Source of the DNA: Phyllosticta citribraziliensis
Taxonomy: Eukaryota
Assembly: GCF_038025025.1 (NCBI RefSeq)
Contig: NW_027117339.1
Span: forward strand, 1,240,001-1,304,000
Reading direction: 5' to 3'
DNA length: 64,000 bases
Position numbers and translations under genes: made by a program. Shown one piece after another: positions 59,400 through 64,000 of the stretch (the stretch's first letter is position 1; the number at the start of each line of letters is the position of its first letter). A model generated the notes under the pieces. That model saw only the letters and a list, made by a program, of their open reading frames with translations. It had not been told where the DNA came from and did not search any database.

Positions 59400-60796
59400 G
59401 TGAAGAGAGAAACCAGGAGAGCTAAGCAGACGACGTTCGGCGCTCTGCTGAGGCCTTGCCTCGTTGTACCGACGCCTCCGCATCACATCGCCGACCACCA
59501 GGCCATTCATTACAGCTCTGCGTTGGAGCAAAGCCGACCCGACGCAGAAACCATCTTTCCTGACACCGTCGACTGCTTCATTCATCACGGCCGCGTCGTG
59601 TCGCGACACCACACCGACTACCTACCAGTTGAAGCCGCATTCCACCGCGCTTCCCCAACTCGCCACGCAAATGGCGCACTCGAACAGATCTCGACGACGA
59701 CCTCAATCACGATACCCACGCGCCCACGACTCTTTTACTTCTTCGCTTTCTCCTCCTCCTCATCGTGCCCCCTCCCTCCTTCCGGCGGCCGCTGCCTTGT
59801 TGACTCTTAGTCCGGCGCTGCGTTTCGAGCTGCTTTGGCACGGCGTACGCGCAGTTTGGGCGCGGGTCGCGGCTGTCGCCACTGTCTCGTCGAGCCCGAG
59901 GCCGGGTCGTGCTGGCAAGCGCGTGCAGGCTGCAGCTTCGTAAGGTTGTGCTTGCGGGAGAATCGAGCCATGGGCGAACAGGACTCTGCCTTGTGTCTTA
60001 ATGTGCTGAGGCGTTTTTGAGGGGAGTGTATTTTATGTATCTGCTCAAGATCGAGAGAACGAAGGAGAGGATCGACGTCTCGTCTAAACGATGCCACGTC
60101 CATTGTGACGAGATCCATGTACGGTAGACGAAATCAAACTGCCTCGAGCAACTCGAACGAAACATGTACCCAAAGTCTGTCTTCCAGGTTGCTTCTCTTG
60201 ATATCCTTTGTTGTTAGTTCACTCTTCTGTCACGACGTAAGTCTTGCAGATTTTTTGAACTTCCAAAGGTGCATTGGCTTTTCTATCTAGAGATTTTCCG
60301 CACCGCGAGCGTACTTCTCGTTGAATAATTCCTCGCACTGGATTGAGCACATGTCCTGTCGAAGACCACCTTGGTGAAGCACAGCCGCACGACCAAAGGA
60401 AACCCTCTTGATGTAGCCATGCAATTGATACTTATGCGTCATGAAGACGTGAGTACGACCGTGAGGATACTCGAGGATGCGGTCGCGTTCTGAGTTGAGC
60501 GACCTCTCTTGTTTCCTGCCTCAATGTTAGCTTACGTATCTTTTCAACCATCGCGCGGTGACTTACCCAAGCTCTCAAGCTGTACTCTCCCTCACAAGGG
60601 ACCCGACGAGCATGGTTCGGGATTGGGAGCACCCTGCACCTGCGACGACGATGCTGTTCAGAACTGTCGCGGCCATCGTGTGCGCGATCAATTCTGACTG
60701 CGTGACCGGCTGTGGGTTGGATCGCAGGCCAGGGCCACGGCCAGTAGTCGCGCGCGTAGGACCAGGACTAGCAGGAGGAGCAGAAGATTGACCATA

Positions 60797-62301
60797 TCAT
60801 TCTGCACCGTGACGCTCTGCTGCCTCCCTTGCTGCCACCCTCTCTGCCGCAGCAAGTGCCTCCTCCTCCGTAACGACGTGAGGCTCGCCAGTCAGCACTT
60901 CGGGCTGCGGGATTTCCCCAGACGCCTTTGCCTCGTCGACTCCGGAAGCTCGTGACTTGCAGTTGCTGGTTTCGCTTGCAGTGTCGTCATCCGGCGTTGC
61001 AGACTGTGCAGGCAGAAGCGGACCGTACTTCATTGACAATAGAGTCATGATGAAGAACCAAGTCTGCATGTCGATGTCCTCGGTGTTCAGGCCTTGAGCC
61101 ATCCGGTCGAGCGTCGTATGCACGACGAGGTTCTGAGCTTCCCCCCCCAAGCGCGACAGGACGTAGTCGTACTTTGCCTCGTCGTCCTCGAACTTATCGC
61201 CGTCCATCGCCATCTTCAGCAGCATCTGTGCGTCGAAGGCGGGGAACGCACCTGGGTCGCCGGAGAAGACGTCAGGGTCTGGGAAAACGGAGGGATACGA
61301 GGCCGGGGCACCTGATTGATGCGCTTCGTCTTGGGCGCTCCTATCCTGGTCGTCGGCATCCTCAGCCTGCTGCGGAGAGTCGCATCGAGCAAGCTGGTCA
61401 ACCTCTTCTTCTGCCGGGGTAACAGCGGCTGGTGGTACAGGGCGGAAGGGAACCGAGAACGAAAAGTCGCAAGTTGGGAGACCCTCTGAACGGTTCTCGG
61501 AGCGACTTGGCGTTTGAGGCTGACCTGCAGGCTTGACGATGGTATAAGGAGTTGTGTTGAGGTGCTCCGATTCGGGAATCTTGAAGCGAAAGGGCTCCTC
61601 GGGTTTCGTCTCCAAAGCGCGTTCAAGCGAAGGTGGGGTAGCAGATTCCTCGATCTCAAGAGTTGTATTGGTCGCTGGGCCTGACGACGAGTCGAGCTGG
61701 TCGGAGAGCCGCGGAGTCTGAGGTATATACTGAGGCTCGTGAGCCGGTCGAGACGGTGAAGTCTTTTGGAAGCATTCAGACTCCGCTGGAGATGCTGACT
61801 CCTCCAGCTGGTTGACATCTTGAAGGTCGATGTAAGCCTGCAGCAACTTTCGCTTCATGCCTTGTGAAGTTGTTGTGGTGTTGCGCAGGGAAAACTCCTG
61901 GTTGGCATGAGAACCTACTTCGTGTTAGTCGGCAAGTTTCGAAAGACTGTCGTTGGTTCGTTTTCCGAGTGCTTTCACTTACTTCTCATCTCTTCCAACT
62001 CTCTATCCTTCATCCTCAGCTTGGCCTCCAGCAGCTCGATGCTGGTGGTTTGCGTGACGATGCCGTTGAAGAGGAGGCCGTCGGCGTCTGCATGCTGGAC
62101 GTGGTGCTTGAGGTCGTCTGCGCTGCCGATGCGCACGTCACCAACCCAGAACCCCAGCCGAGAACGAACGCCAGGCTCGCGAGCGAGAGGCCTGATATAC
62201 TGGTGGTGGTTTTGTCGCTGGGACATGCTGGTAGAGGTTTCTGGCGTGCTGGATGCCGACTGCACACTTCCAGACTTCGTGATCTGGTCCATGGAGCTCA
62301 T
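60797..62301 (-). CDS. Two-exon protein (~478 aa; intron 61982-61915) with a Ty3/gypsy Gag capsid-like domain
   Basis: AAACAATGA start; GTAAGT..ACTAAC..TAG intron joins ORF 62301-61983 in frame to ORF 61914-60797; FPDPDVFSGDPGAFPAFDAQM...DEAKYDYVLSRLGGEAQ...KYG resembles retrotransposon Gag. Confidence 0.75.
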
Positions 62302-62772
62302 TGTTTATACGTAGCTGGTTGGAAAGAAATTGAACGGGAGAAGGGAGAGAATGACAGAACTTTTGCCGGGTGTAAGGGTCAAAGGTTGCGGTTGAGACTT
62401 GATCGAGTCGACTCGGTTGCGGTGCTTGGTTGCGACGGCGGTGGTGGTGGAAAGCTGTGACAGGGTCGACGGACTTCGAAAATCAATACCACTGTGCGCG
62501 TCGAGATTTTCCAGCCTAGCAGCCAGAAGGAAGGCGCAACCACTAAGCAGAGAAAATTTCAAGCCTTTGACAAAAACATGACAGCTCCGACTTTGAAATG
62601 TTAATTTCGCAATGTATACACCTGATAGGGGACTCGTGATGACTATCCACTGCTCCTAATCATGATTCGCCACGAGGAAACAGCTGGGAATTTTCTCGCA
62701 GGCAAGCTTCAGCGCATCGCTCTATAAGCGAGAGAATGAGTTCAACGCGAGAGCCTTGCTGTTATTCTAGCT

Positions 62773-63509
62773 ATGGTGACCATCTTTTACAGGAGAGTCA
62801 GCGGGAGTGTTCATCCTCAGCAGGAGGTTCAAACTTACAATCCCAATTCTTTCCTTGGCCACAGAGGTAGAAACCTCCTGGCCTCCCGGTCCCGCTTCTA
62901 CTTTGAAACTTGATATCGATGTCCGACCCTCAACGCCTTCCAGCTTGCAGCTTTGGGTTCTTGATCGGCAACCTCAGGTGTGGTACATCGCGTCTCCAAT
63001 AACACTCGGGGCTGGTGACACAGCCATCATTGTCAAGGGCCATCTCTCCGACAAGATAAAAGGTATGAATGGCGCAAGGCTCTGCGCGGGAAAACACTTC
63101 TCTGCCCAAGAACATGATAAACGAACTGCTTCCCATTTTCAGATTAAATGATGGCGGAAAAAAGGGCTTCCCATGGAAGGCTTCCTCGTTTCCAGACTGC
63201 TTTTTCCAAGACTCAAGCGAGAAAGATGACGATTCATCATTTGCCAAATCTACAGTGCCTCGCTGTAAAGATTTGGCCTCAGCAGCGGATGGCACCTGGT
63301 ATTATACCTACCTTTCCTACAGGTTGCCGCAAGCAATTGCCTTTGCGACCAGCTTGCCACGAGAGCAATCTGGATCCAAGCCGACAATCGGCGTATGGCA
63401 ACGCGAACTGTTTCCAGCCGCCACACGAGACGAGATTGCTACGAAAGAAAGAACGAACCAGCCAGCTCGCATGGCAACGAGACAATGGCATGTGCGACGG
63501 AATCGGTAA
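62773..63509 (+). CDS. Possible multi-exon orphan gene (structure unresolved)
   Basis: Candidate introns ~62978-63023 and ~63063-63142 (GTATGA..TTTCAG) lead into a 120-codon open frame ending at 63509; no homology recognised. Confidence 0.25.
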
Positions 63510-64000
63510 AGACAGGCTCGACGAAAAAAGTCTTGAGATGCGAGTTGACCAAGCAAAAGAGCAGCAAGGCGCTGGCAAAGAGGCATGCTTGCGTTCATGA
63601 CTGGCTGGTCAGTTGAGGGAGGTACAGTGGAAACTAGACTTGGGCTTCGAGCGATAAGGCCGCATGCGAAGAGAAAGCGACGACAGCGAGGGAGAGGAAA
63701 GACGTTACGAAAAAGAAACCTCGCATCCTACTAGAGACAGCAGCAGAGCCACCACCATCGATGCAGCCGCCTGTCTCAGATGGCGAAGAAATTCAGCCAC
63801 CGCAAGCGCGTGGGAGATCGGCTGGCTGGATTACCGCACTGGCTGCCGGGAAAAGCCATTCTCACAGGGCTAGTCAAGCCAGCAAAACAAACAAGAACGA
63901 CAGCCAGCCACCGTGTCTCGCTTCGGCAAGGGCAGACAAGACAGTGTCTAGGCAATGCTACCACTTTTTCAGCGCATTTTCTGATGCCAATACAGCAAGT

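Noticed and set aside
59864..59876. 13-bp identity (GGGTCGCGGCTGT) with the micro-ORF hairpin at 7710-7722
   Set aside because: Many 13-mer matches are expected by chance in 64 kb of GC-rich DNA; flanks do not align

Overview
Intron-containing eukaryotic DNA from a filamentous ascomycete (Pezizomycotina). Introns are short GT..AG with CTRAC-type branch points; a Dothideomycete origin is inference only. The first ~45 kb is mostly conserved housekeeping genes: SDH2, a CTO1/TH2-like HAD phosphatase, a DUF3602/PAR32-like protein, an MFS sugar porter, RRN10-like, PEX1, MPC1, SmB, RPL11, PAM17, a RhoGAP, GDB1, MSH3 and a DEN1/NEP1 deneddylase. A ~7 kb gene-poor stretch (6.1-13 kb) hides a TATA-driven, spliced 48-codon micro-ORF with two GACCCC-loop hairpins. 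From ~46 kb the window is more accessory-like: a SesB-like hydrolase-NACHT-WD40 NLR head-to-head with a fructosamine-kinase-family gene, a degenerate 33-bp repeat, a PL1 pectate lyase, threonine aldolase GLY1 and orphan ORFs. It also holds a spliced gene carrying a lone Ty3/gypsy Gag capsid-like domain with no pol or recognisable LTRs (candidate domesticated gag). Exon boundaries were read by eye and no database searches were run.
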